Shown in pieces: positions 41,668 through 53,334 of a stretch of 64,000 nucleotides of DNA. The translations under genes and the position numbers were made by a program. Source of the stretch: Azolla caroliniana (lineage: Eukaryota; Plantae; Polypodiophyta); the NCBI GenBank assembly GCA_043228905.1, contig JBHGNT010000001.1, positions 3,224,001 to 3,288,000 on the forward strand, given 5' to 3'. A model generated the notes under the pieces. It ran no database searches. It worked only from the letters and a program-made list of their open reading frames with translations, and was not told the origin of the DNA. Numbering within the stretch: position 1 is the first letter of the stretch; each line of letters begins with the position of its first letter.

Positions 41668-41944
41668 GATTTTAACATTAATCCAACATATTCATGGCTT
41701 GTTAATGATTAGTTTTATATTTTACTTGATTTAACATCATTTAGATCTAGTTTATATAATGATTGATAATTTAAGTAAAATTACTTTATTAAAAATAATT
41801 TTTAAATGTATTGTATTAATAGAATATTACATAATATAGACATTCTATTGATTTGGCTTTTGTTTAGAGAGAAGTTTATGTTTAGGGAGGAGTATATGTT
41901 TAGAGAGGAGTATAACTTAGAGAGCCCTATCTAGACCTTAAGCC

Positions 41945-44725
41945 ATGAGTGAAGATTCACCGTTCTCGATTGAAGAATATTGTTTGTCATCAGACCCATC
42001 GTTTTCTACTGAAGAGTATTGTTTGTCAACAGAGTCACCATATTCGATTGAAGAATATTGTCTGTCGACCGACTCACCATATTCTATCGAAGAATATTGT
42101 CTGAGCTCATCTACAGGGAATGTAAATAATGACACTTGTGAAGAGTTCTCTATTGAAGAATACGATATTAATAAAGATACCGAGAATGAAGGAAGTGCCC
42201 AGGAAACATTGAATAACATTGGCGATGGTCACAACAGAGAATTAGACTGTAACAAGGTTACACCAACCTCTATGCAGGAAGAGAAATCTGGGAGCCCTAT
42301 GCATATTAGAAGAATCCCACGAAGAATTCGTCTGGCTAGATTTAGCCGTGTGACATCAGATAAACAGATTGGATTTGATGTCAACAAAATATGTTGTGCC
42401 CGTGGTTGTATGTCTATGATTGGAAAATCAAAGTTGCGAGAATTAAGGCGATACTATTTTTCGATGACCGGTGATGAGCAAGACATTTACCTCGGATCAC
42501 ATATGCAACTAGTATCTGACAAATGTACGGGGATCAAAGTATCATTCGAGTATTATATCTTCCATGCGCAACAGATATGTAGAGTTGCATTCAAAATTGC
42601 GTTATGTGTTAGTAACATGCGGCTACATAGAGTACAACAACGTCTACTTAGCGGGGATCAGATGCTCAATTGTAAAGAGGTTCCAAGTATGAAAGGTGCA
42701 ATTGGAAGACTAGCTATTGGATGGATGAAAACTTACTTTCAGTTAAATTGTGAAGTAATGCCCACTACAGGTAGGATGCATCTTTCTGATAATTATACCC
42801 GTCGGGAAGTTTATGATGTCTATCGATCTGAAATGCTGGGCTCACGTAATAAGTCTATCACCTATAGCCAATTCACAAGATTATGGAGAGCTCGGTTTTC
42901 AAATGTTATTATTCCTCGTAAAGTACGTATGGGGCATTGCTCCATTTGTGCAAATCTTAAAAGTTTGGCTAAAGGTGCAAAGACATCAATGGAAAAGGAT
43001 ACAAGTAAGAAGTTACTACAAGAGCATTGTGAGGCACAATCCTTAGAATGAAGGAAGGCGATGCATCATAGAGAAAAGTGTTTGAAGAGGCCTGAACAAT
43101 ACATGTGCTTAATGATAGATGGCATGGACCAGAAGAAGACATGCTTGCCGCATATGCGGAGGCTCCCCAAAGATGTCAATGATGAGTGCCTTGTTCAAAT
43201 GCACTTGGTGGGATGCTTGGCTTATAATAGGTCTGTTCGACCTCACGTCTTCATTACTTACCCCAATGTTCACAATGACCCTAACCTAATAGTTACAGTG
43301 ATTCACCGAGTTTTGATGTCTTGGGGACAACCTTTCCCCCCTGTTCTATACATTCAATTGGACAATACTGCTAGAGAGAACAAAAATTCAACTGTATTTG
43401 GCTATCTAAGTATGTTGGTCAACCTAGAATTGTTTAGGAAAGTGAAAGTCAATTTCCTTTTGGTTGGCCACACACATGACCATATAGATCAGATGTTTAG
43501 CACATTCTCCAGACAGTTGTCTCGGCATGATGCTTTCACTTTACCTAAACTATTTGATGTCATTTGTGATGCTTATACACCATGCCCAAAAGTGTTACAC
43601 TTGAAGGAGGTATATGACTTTAAGAGATATATATTAGATGGGGGTGGTGGGAATGTTAAAGTGCTTGCTTAGTTAAACAATATAAGTTTCAATTACATTT
43701 TTTTGATAAAGAAAAATGGAATAAGTGGTTCTACACTTTTGTATGCTAAACAATATTCATCTTCTACAACATGGGAACCTGAAGGTGGTTGCCAGTTATT
43801 ACTTTGTATGCCGAGTACAATTGTCCATGGAGCTAAGCAAATGCCAATTGAGAAGAAAGGACAGTTGCAGAGCGACTTGGTATCAGAACAAAAACGGTCA
43901 TGGCTCCAAGCCTTAGAAGAAAAAAGAAAGCATATTGAGGCCGCCAAGAAATATGCCGCACAACAAGACACGTCATGGTGGGATGTATTTTATAGTGATC
44001 AGAATGAAATTATAGACAATTGTGTATCTGTTGATAATTGGAATTTGGAAACGCCATTCACATGGTCGCTGCAACATGATCGCGTAAATAGAAGTCCGGA
44101 GCGACTAGTAAATGCGATTAATGACAACTTGGTCCATCCACAACAAAGAGACATTTATGTGGGACCAAGGATGACCAAAGCAGCTGAAGCTAGATGGCAA
44201 GGAAATTTGCAAGAGCTCACCGCGGGGATGTTGATTGCAACACCGGCTGATGAGAACTCACATGGCCACCAATTTTGGGTTGGTAAAATTCTAGAAGTGC
44301 TAATGCATGAAATAGAAAACACGATCAAGTCTATAAATGTTCATTGGTACAACACTAGAAGTGCAAATGCTTTTACAGGTAAGTATACATTGGAGATGAT
44401 TGAATGCCAAACAAGAAGGGGAGGTAGGAAGAGGAAGCGAAACATTCGTAACACCTCGACCCTTGATATCTCTGATGTGGATATCATTGTGTACGACTTC
44501 ACACTTACAAAAGCCGGACGATTAAGGAAGTCAACAATAGATATAATAAAAGAAAAATTACCAGGTCTACAAGGTGGCTCGAGTCAAAGGCAAACGAGAT
44601 CTGCTACATATAATCTAGAGTCAAACCATTTGGTTTATGACGAAGATAATGCACTGATTGGTACATCCGAGGATGATGAGGAGGAATCGTCATTGTATAT
44701 TAGTTATAGTAGTGATTCTCCGTAA
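41945..44725 (+). pseudogene. Sola-like DDD transposase (927-codon frame) with two premature stops
   Basis: ORFs 41945, 43061 and 43703 share one frame, interrupted by TGA (43049-43051) and TAG (43670-43672). Catalytic-like motifs MIDGMDQ, IQLDNTARENKN, VGHTHDHIDQMFS. Cys clusters CCARGC, ICRVAF, CSIC. C-terminal FWVGKI...INVHWY domain. Confidence 0.85.
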
Positions 44726-45838
44726 AGGAGTGATCATGAATGTATATTTGGCTATTAAGTGTAACTACATTCCGCTTGTAACAAATCGAGTAATATAAAA
44801 TCATGTGTTTTGAATTCTTATGATTTCCCAAAAATCGTTTCTTATAAAATAACATTGGTTGTAAAGTTTGTGATATAAATTGAGAATGTACGTTTTTGAA
44901 ATTCGTCTTTTTTTAGTTACTTCTAAATCACGAAAATAGTGGATTTTTAACCTTTTTCATAGTATGTTTGAACTTGTATGATACTGGTATCAATGTGTTT
45001 TGTAAAATCATTGAAAAACCCCTAAAATTTCCCTTATCCTTCCATTTATGCGCGATCCTTCCACTTGTGAACGCGAACGTGTTAATGGCGTTAGTCTCCT
45101 CCTTCCAAAACGTCCTCCCGAATGAGCCCCCCTCAACCTCCTTTTATAGGAAAGAAAGGAAAGGGGGTCGCCAATTTTGTCTTTAATGCAAAATGGAATA
45201 AAATTCCTTAAATTTATAAGATTAGATTTGAACAATGCACCTCTAACTAGAAGTAAATGTGACTATTCACTAGCCCATTAACTCTCTCTTATACAATATA
45301 TGATTCTATCTCTATAAATTCTTAGCCTCTCTCCCCTCTATTTTTTATCTCTTCTCTCTCTTACTTTTTAGAGGGGTTTCTATGCATCCTTTTCACCCTT
45401 TATTTTCCCTTTTCTTTTTCATGTGCGCAATTAATCAACTTTGTGTGCACACACACATTGCACATGCACATTTTGACCCCACAATGGTTGGGAAGGAGAG
45501 AGGAATTGAATGGTTAAAGTTGTACCGATGCTTGTTTGTTTCTGGACTTGGTCCCCTAGTTTTTCTTTTTGTCTTTCCTTGGAGAGGGTTTTCCTACTGT
45601 TGAAATTTTCTAGAATAACTTGGGCACAAGATGATCTTGGTTTCCTCCCAATAAGGTAATCAGATGGATCGATGGATCTCTCTTCATTCTCTTCCCGTGA
45701 TGTGTGTGTGCTCTTCTTGCTACCGGGAAAAACAAAACAGATTAAGTACTCTGCATAAACTTTAGGATATACATATATACATACTGAATCCCGCCTCCCC
45801 TGTTTTGATTCTCATGTACGAATAATCGGGTAGTAGGA

Positions 45839-45871
<33 letters not shown>

Positions 45872-45946
45872 GTCTTAGAAAATCCAAAAGGACATTGGAA
45901 GCTATATTTACCTCAGATCATCCCCCCCCAAATCCCCTGCAAAACT

Positions 45947-48457
45947 ATGCCTGCTTCTCCCTCCCCTCGTTTCTGTTCGTTCCTTGCCCTGTTTGTGCTC
46001 GCCATCGCCATCGCCATCTCCCTCCTAAGTATAAACATACCAACCTTAACTAAAGAAGATCACAATTATCCAGCACTTCTCAATCTTCCGCCCCCTCCAC
46101 CTCTCGTTGGCCCATGGACGCCCAACTCGATTCTCCACCTCTCCGTGAAAAGGATTGGAGATGGTCTCATACCGAAACCTGAGGACGTAGTTGCATTCGA
46201 TAGCGCAGAGGATGAGGTTTTTGTGGGTTGTGAGGATGGATGGATCAAGCGCGTGAACCGATCATTCGGCACTGTCCACAATTGGGTTCATATCGAAGGG
46301 GGTCGACCCCTTGGCCTCGCTGCAGGACTCCACCATGAGCTCATCGTTTGCGATCCCCACATGGTATAGTTTTGTGTGTATATGTCTTGTCTGTCCGTAT
46401 GTGTGAGACTATGTTAGCACCAGAAATATACTGCATTGAATGATGGATATGTGTGTATGCCTATGGATTATGGATGTATGGATGGATTTATGGATGTATA
46501 TGGAGAGAGATAGTAGATAGATAGATAGATAGATAGATAGATTCTATTATTGTCTTGGAAGGTCAAATCCATGAGAAGGTCAAATTTGATCTATGCGACC
46601 ATATAAATACATCATCTTGTATGTGACTTCTTCCTATGAAGGATGGTTACTACTTTGTAGTACAAACTCACTAGGAGAAAATATATACTGATCAGATATG
46701 ATCTACATATGTATGATTTGCTCATCAATGATCAGCCATGGTTGAAAGACTGGGGAAATCTCCGATTGGCCTGTGTCCACTGCAAAGGCTAAGGTTGGTT
46801 GAAATCCGTGATAATGGTGTGCTTGTTTAATAAAATCTCCTTCAGATTCATGCAAAGTATTTAGGCCTCCTTCACCACCAAGTCAGCTCCATAGCCTGCA
46901 CAGTTCTTACTACCAAGGATAATTTGACTTGGCATGGGGCAGTCCCTCTGGTTTCATTGTTAAACACATAGTTGTTTTGTAACTTTTCCAGATAAATGGA
47001 GAGAGAGAGAGAGAGAGAGCAATACATTTTTCTTCGATGTTTAGGGTTTGCTCAATGTTACTAGAGACAAGGTTGAGGTGTTAACAAATGAGTCTGATGG
47101 TCTGAAATTCAAGTAAGCTTTCTGATCCTTGCTCCGCTTTACTATATGAATGCTTAACATCTTTAGTAGTCCTAACAGCAGCCACTAATCATATATTGCT
47201 GATTTAATCTTATTTCAAGAATGTTCACGCTACAATTCTGCTAACATTTGTCCCAGTAAATCCAAAATTTTGGGTTATTTCTTATGAGTGTGCATGTTTC
47301 TTGTCGAGCATATACATTATATATGAGCTCATTCAAATTTGTTGCAATATTTGTGGCTCCTTGCTGCATGTTTGAATGCATGTGTTGTATGATCTCTTGC
47401 TCAGACTTACCGATGCAGCTGTTGTTTCTCGTGATGGTTCGATCTTTTTCACGGATGCTACTTACAAGTATTCATTTGAAGACCATTTCCTTGATATTAT
47501 GGAGGGTCGACCTCATGGGCGGCTGCTCAAGTATGACCCGAAGACCCGGAGCACAATCACTCTTTTAGACAATCTTTACTTTGCAAATGGAGTTGCCCTC
47601 TCCAGCAATGAAGATTTCTTGGTGTTCTGTGAGACTACCATGTATACTCTTGCATTATTTTTACAACATGGATTTGGAATTACTTTCGCTTTTCTCTTTA
47701 TAGTTTTGTTCAATGGAAATGCTTAAAAAGTTTGTGGGATTTGTTTTGTTTTTTTGTTTCGAAAGAGTTCGTTGTCAACGCTATTGGTTAAAGGGTGAAA
47801 AAGTGGGAACGGTGGGGAGGTTCATAGACAACCTACCCGCATTTCCCGACAACATAAAATATGATGGCAAAGGACACTTTTGGATTGGTCTTGTGGCAGT
47901 AAGTTGTGTTGTGTGACTTTAATTTCATTGATTTTGAGCTATGTTCAGGACAAAATGGTGTTGGCATTTGTAGGAATTTGGTTTAAATTTCTAGGGCTAA
48001 AGGTTTAATGTGTATTGGAAAATTTAATAAATCCTCCAGGGTTAAGGTTTTAAGGTGGATTAGAAGTTGGGGTAGTTTTATTTCTCCTCCTATTATTCTA
48101 AGATTGTTAACATTTAGGTTTAGGGTTAAAGCTCAATTTTAAGGCTATGGCTCTGTGCTTGTTTTGCAGACGAGATCCAATTATATGCATGTGTTATACA
48201 AATATCCTCGTCTAAAGAGTTGGGCGTCAAGTTTTCTGGAGAGAATGCTGAAAAAAATAGTGAGCAAATCAGCATTGGTCTTATGTGTGACAGAGGAAGG
48301 ATTGCCCATGTTCACGCTAGGGGATCCTAATGGAGAAACCATTCGAACCGTTACCACAGCTCTTGTAGTGGGAGATGATATATACCTTGGCAGCTTCGGA
48401 GTTGATTTCCTTGGCCATCTCAAGCTTAATGAAACCACCAAAGTCTTGTCCATGTGA
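45947..48457 (+). CDS. Strictosidine synthase-like / APMAP-like beta-propeller protein, copy 1
   Basis: Five exons: about 45947-46363, 47045-47112, 47405-47641, 47766-47898, 48170-48457. Motifs KPEDV, GGRPLGL, IFFTDA, GRLLKYDP, LYFANGVALS, FIDNLPAFPDNI. Confidence 0.9.
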
Positions 48458-49641
48458 ACAATTAGTGCAAAATATGGTGATCTGCCTAAGTGTTGCAATA
48501 TTTGATGTATTTGATAGTGTAAACTCTATCTTTATCCTTGTGTTTTGCAACATTTAAATTCGGCAATGTTCCCGAAGTGTTCACTAAATTTGAGTAAGCA
48601 GCTTTTTTCACATTCTCTATAATGATTTTCTATAATTTCAATTATCAGATGCCCACTTTCCACGACTTGATCTACATGCATCATAGATAATTACATGCAT
48701 TAACCAAGGATTAATTTTCGAAAGAAAAATTGGAGCTAAATCTTCCAAGGGGCAAGGGGGCAACAAAATAATTTCAATTTCAATCTTGGTGCCACACGAC
48801 ACAGCATATAATGATTTTTACATTGGGGAATATGTCTTGCTGCATATAATGAAAGAAAAGTGTCGGGGAGGTGGTGTACCATGTTAGTCGCAACACAAAA
48901 TTGTTGTCTTTATACATGATGTACACCAATAAAGCATAACTATATATGATGGCACGGCCTGTTACATGGCTTATTGACGGAGGGTCACTCTCAGAGAATA
49001 GTTGCCTATTGAATGGAGAATCGAGAAAGGTTCTAGATGTAAAGTTTTGTAGGCATATATAAAACTTAAAGTTGTGAAAGTCATGATGGTTAGCGAAACG
49101 GCCATTTATGATTGAGCTTTATAAGATCTCGCTTGTAGTTCTTGCAATAAAGAGAACAGAACTCATAGGTTGTCCCTTTTGAAGTTATTTCTTGGTATTT
49201 CAAAAAGGTCAATGTTTATTGGGAAATCATTTGGACATTGTGAATGGGTGCATTCTCATAATTAACAGTAGTTATTCCTATAGATCGCTCTGTTGCAAGA
49301 CATTGGAAGGCTGAAAAGGAATCAAAAGGTATTGGATTGTTAGGCAATGGTAGAGGACGCTAATGATTAAGCAAATAGGCATATACATAAATGAAGATAA
49401 TGAATGTCGGCTACTCGGTTGTTTTGATTCAAAATGCAGGCATGGTAGGAACGTATTAATATAAAAAAGACAGCACAGTGGCACACATGGTAGGAACATA
49501 TCAATTGAAAAGAAAGGACATTTCAAGCCCTTGAAGAGGAGTGTTCAGAGAGATGGATTCAGAATGGGTCTCTTTTGTTTCCAATCTAAGCAATACTAGG
49601 ATTCAGCTATTTTCCTCAGATCACTCCCCCCTGGCAACACA

Positions 49642-50129
49642 ATGCCTTCTTCATCCTCCTATTTGTTGCTTGCTCTGTTTGTGCTAATCATAGCCATAGC
49701 CATCTCCCTTCTAAATATAAATGTATCAACCTTTATCAAACAAGGCAACAATTATCCAGCAGTTCTCATTCTTCCTCCCCCGCCGCCTCTGGTCGGTCCA
49801 TGGACACCCAACTCCATTCTTCGCCTCAGCGTGAAACGGATTGGAGAAGGGATCCTACGAAAACCCGAAGACGTGGTTGCATTGGATGATGAGATTTTTG
49901 TGGGTTGCGAGTATGGATGGATCAAGCGTGTGAACAGGTCATCAAGCTCTGTTCACAATTGGGTTCATATTGAAGGCGGCCGACCTCTCGGCCTCGCTAC
50001 CGGGCTCCACCACGAGCTCATCGTTTGCCATTCCCACTTGGTATAGTTATCCTATGTATATATCTCTATATATGATTTTAATGCAGATTTCAATGAAGCT
50101 AGGAAACAACCAGATGGAATTTTCTTATC

Positions 50130-50186
<57 letters not shown>

Positions 50187-51596
50187 CAATTCATTTATCT
50201 TTGATGTTTAGGGTTTGCTCAATGTTACTGAAGACAAGGTTGAGGTTTTGACAAATGAGGCTGATGGTCTGAAATTCAAGTAAGCTTTCCTATCCTTGTT
50301 CCTCTTTACTATATGAATGCTTAACATCTTTAGTAATCCTAACAGTAGCCACTAATCCTATAGTGCTGATTTAATCTCATTCCATGAATGTCCTCTACAA
50401 TTCTGCTAAATTTTGGTCCAATATGTATATCCAAAATTTGTGGGATTATTATTCCCTATGAGTGTGCATGCTGCATTATATATATAAGCTCATTCAAATT
50501 TGTTCCGATACTTGTGGCTCCTCACGGGATGTTTGAATGCATGTGTTGCACGACCTCTTGTTCAGACTTCCCAATGCAGCTATCGTTTCTCGTGACGGTT
50601 CGATCTTTTTTACCGATGCTTCCTACAAGTATTCATTCGAAGACCATATCCTCGATATCATGGAGGCTCGACCTCATGGGCGGCTTCTCATGTATGACCC
50701 GAAGACCCGGAGCACTATCACTCTCTTAGACAATCTTTACTTTGCAAATGGAGTCGCCCTCTCCGGCAATGAAGATTTCTTGGTGTTTTGTGAGACTACC
50801 ATGTATACTCTTGCATTATTTTTACAAAGTGGATTTGGAATTACTTTTGTTTTTCTCGTTATAGTTTTGTTTGATGGGATTTCTTAAAAAGTTTTTGGGA
50901 TTTGTTTTGTTATCTTACTTGGAAAGGGCTCGGTGCCAACGCTATTGGTTAAAAGGTGAAAAACTGGGAACCGTTGGGAGGTTCATAGACAACCTACCCG
51001 CATTTCCCGATAACATAAAATATGATGGCAAAGGACACTTTTGGATTGGTCTTGTGGCAGTAAGTTGTGTTGTGTGACTTTAATTCCATTGATTTTGACC
51101 TATTTTGGGGACAAAATGGTGTTGGCATTCATAAGAAGTTGTAAATTGGGCTAAAGGATCATTGTGGATTAGAACTTAACAAACCCTCTATAGTTAATGT
51201 TGTTGTGTGGATTAGATGTTGGGTTAGTTTCATTTCTCCTCCTATAATTCTAAGACCATTAACCTTTAGGTTTAGGGTTAAAGCTCAATTTTAAGGCTAT
51301 GTTTCCGTGCTTCTTTGCAGACGAGATCCGTTTATACAAATATGTTAAACAAATATCCTCGTCTAAAGAGTTGGGTGTCAAGTTTGGCGGTGAGAATAAT
51401 GAATCAAACAGCATTGGTCTTATGTGTGACGGAGGAAGGAGTGCCCATGTTCACATTAGGGGACTCTAGTGGAGAAACCATTCGAACCGTTACCACAGCT
51501 CTAGTAGTGGGAGATGATATATACCTTGGCAACATGGGAGTTAATTTCCTTGGCCACCTCAAGCTTGATGAAATCACCAAACTATTCTCCATGTGA
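49642..51596 (+). CDS. Strictosidine synthase-like protein, copy 2 (tandem duplicate)
   Basis: Same five-exon structure and motifs; introns and flanks still alignable with copy 1. Confidence 0.9.
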
Positions 51597-53334
51597 ACAA
51601 TTAGTGCCATATATAGTGACATTCCAAAGTGTAGAAAAGTTTGAGGTCTTGGATGGTGTAAGCTACCTTTATCCTCGTGAATTCAACATTGAAAGTTGGT
51701 GAGATTCCCAAAGTGTTCATTAAAATTGAGTTTGTAGATTTTCCACATTTTCTATAATTTCAATGACCATGCGACCATTTTCCACTAATTGATTAGATAA
51801 GTGGCATAAATAATTACACACATTAATCATGGATCAATTCGTGAAGCATAATTAGGAGGGAAATCTTCACAAGGGGTTAACAAGTAATTTCCGTTTGTGC
51901 TACTCTACACACCCTAACTGTCTATGTTGTCGATTACTAGTATTGGATAACATGTTTGTTTGTTTGAAGTGCATGTAATTGAAAGCAGGTTTGATCGGAT
52001 TCCTTGGTCAATAACACAACATACCTATCCAATATGTGATATACGTTTTAGTGCTTCCAAATGGAAGGGCATTACATTTTTCTTGAGATTCACATGGACC
52101 TTGATATAAGGCTTTACATGAGATTATATTGTCTTGCTGCATATAATAAAAGGGAAGTGTTCGAAAGGTAGTGTGACATGAAATTGGTGGTAGGTCCTAC
52201 TGAGGAGACATGATCTTGCAATGGTTGATGATAGGACCCATGTTAGCTTGATAATTATAATTGTGCACACCAATAAAGCATAAGATAGATCACACATGCA
52301 TTAATGAGTTGTATAGTAATAAGTGACCACACTACTACAAATGTGAAATGTCCCGCAAGAATAACCTTAATTTGGTTTGATCAAAGAAACAATCTATTTT
52401 ATAGAGCATAAAATGATTAAATCTTGTTTAATTCTCATCTCCTTTTGTTGAGAGGTCTTTTTTCATCTCCTCTTGTGAAAATTTGTGGACAAAGCGTTAT
52501 TTCTGAGTTCGGAGATTGTTGATTTAAAGTGGAAAGAAAGACTTTTGGGATTTAAAAAAATTGAAAACATCTATTTTTTACCATATTTTTATATTTTTTA
52601 GTGTTATTTTACTTGTTACGAATTTTCGATTATCTTTCGACAAAAAGCATAGACTTTGGAAATGCTTTTTTGTACATAAACAAGCTAGGACGTTGCTGGT
52701 TTAAAAGTCATTTGACCCAAAATAAACTATTCCTTGCTTTTAGCCTTAAAATATGACATCGCCTTACCTCTACCTTGGGGTGTCACCGTGTCTATGTGAC
52801 AAGAATCAGTCGATTGATCTTTTGTTGTTTTCAAAAGCCCTCATGGTAGTTTTGCTCCAAGCTTTGCAAGGTGTTGAATTTGCATCCTGTTTCAAAGAAT
52901 ATGCTGCTCTTTTAACATTTACTTTCAATCATGGCTGCAATTTGAAAGGGGTTCCACCCACTTATTCTCTTGGGCACTAGTACTGATTGCTTGCTATATA
53001 TGTTCACAGATTTCAAGTATTAGTTCAGCTCTCTTTACACTAATGCAATAATCTTTCAAGGGCAATTGAAAAAGAACACATTATATTGTTGAATATGGTA
53101 ATTCCCATTAAATCATTTATCAGAACATGGAATGTAAAACAAGTCTTTACATACTGCTTTGAGAGCTTTGGAACAGCATTTGTGAATTTTACAAAGAAAT
53201 AAAAAAATGTGGACCATTTGAGTTGCGCTATTGATTTGTGTATGCTTCGCTTTCTCCTCCCTTTATTTTTAGAGAGTTGTCTAAAGCATGCATGTGATAA
53301 ATGTATGGTAGCTAAAAAGACTGTAGTAATTAGT

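Larger units (their letters stand above)
35802..45083. mobile_element. 9,282-bp Sola-like DNA transposon carrying a transposase and a ParB-DNA methyltransferase cargo gene
   Basis: 36-bp TIRs: 35802-35837 aacacgtccgcgttcacaagtggaaggattgcgcat, and 45048-45083 whose reverse complement differs at 2 positions (both C/T). 4-bp TSD AATG at 35798-35801 and 45084-45087. A 4-bp TSD plus the DDD motifs fit the Sola superfamily. Confidence 0.88.
34554..45483 (-). mobile_element. Probable solo LTR (~1.64 kb; Ty3/gypsy Tat/Ogre-like), split by the DNA transposon at 35802-45083
   Basis: 5-bp direct repeat ATGGT at 34549-34553 and 45484-45488. Imperfect inverted ends AGTGGAGCC / GACCCCACA. Minus-strand TATA (cctataaaag, 45141-45150) followed by a CT-rich tract that continues across the insertion. 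GC-rich, contains tandem repeats. The lineage assignment is inference. Confidence 0.6.

Noticed and set aside
43049-43672. Stops repaired by U-to-C RNA editing or programmed readthrough
   Set aside because: U-to-C editing in ferns and hornworts is organellar. 5mC deamination at CG/CHG is the simpler explanation for a nuclear transposon.
35802-45083. Bacterial or phage contamination, or a restriction-modification operon
   Set aside because: The MTase gene has five GT-AG introns and a TATA box, the element has TIRs and a TSD continuous with plant repeats on both sides, and no restriction endonuclease is evident.
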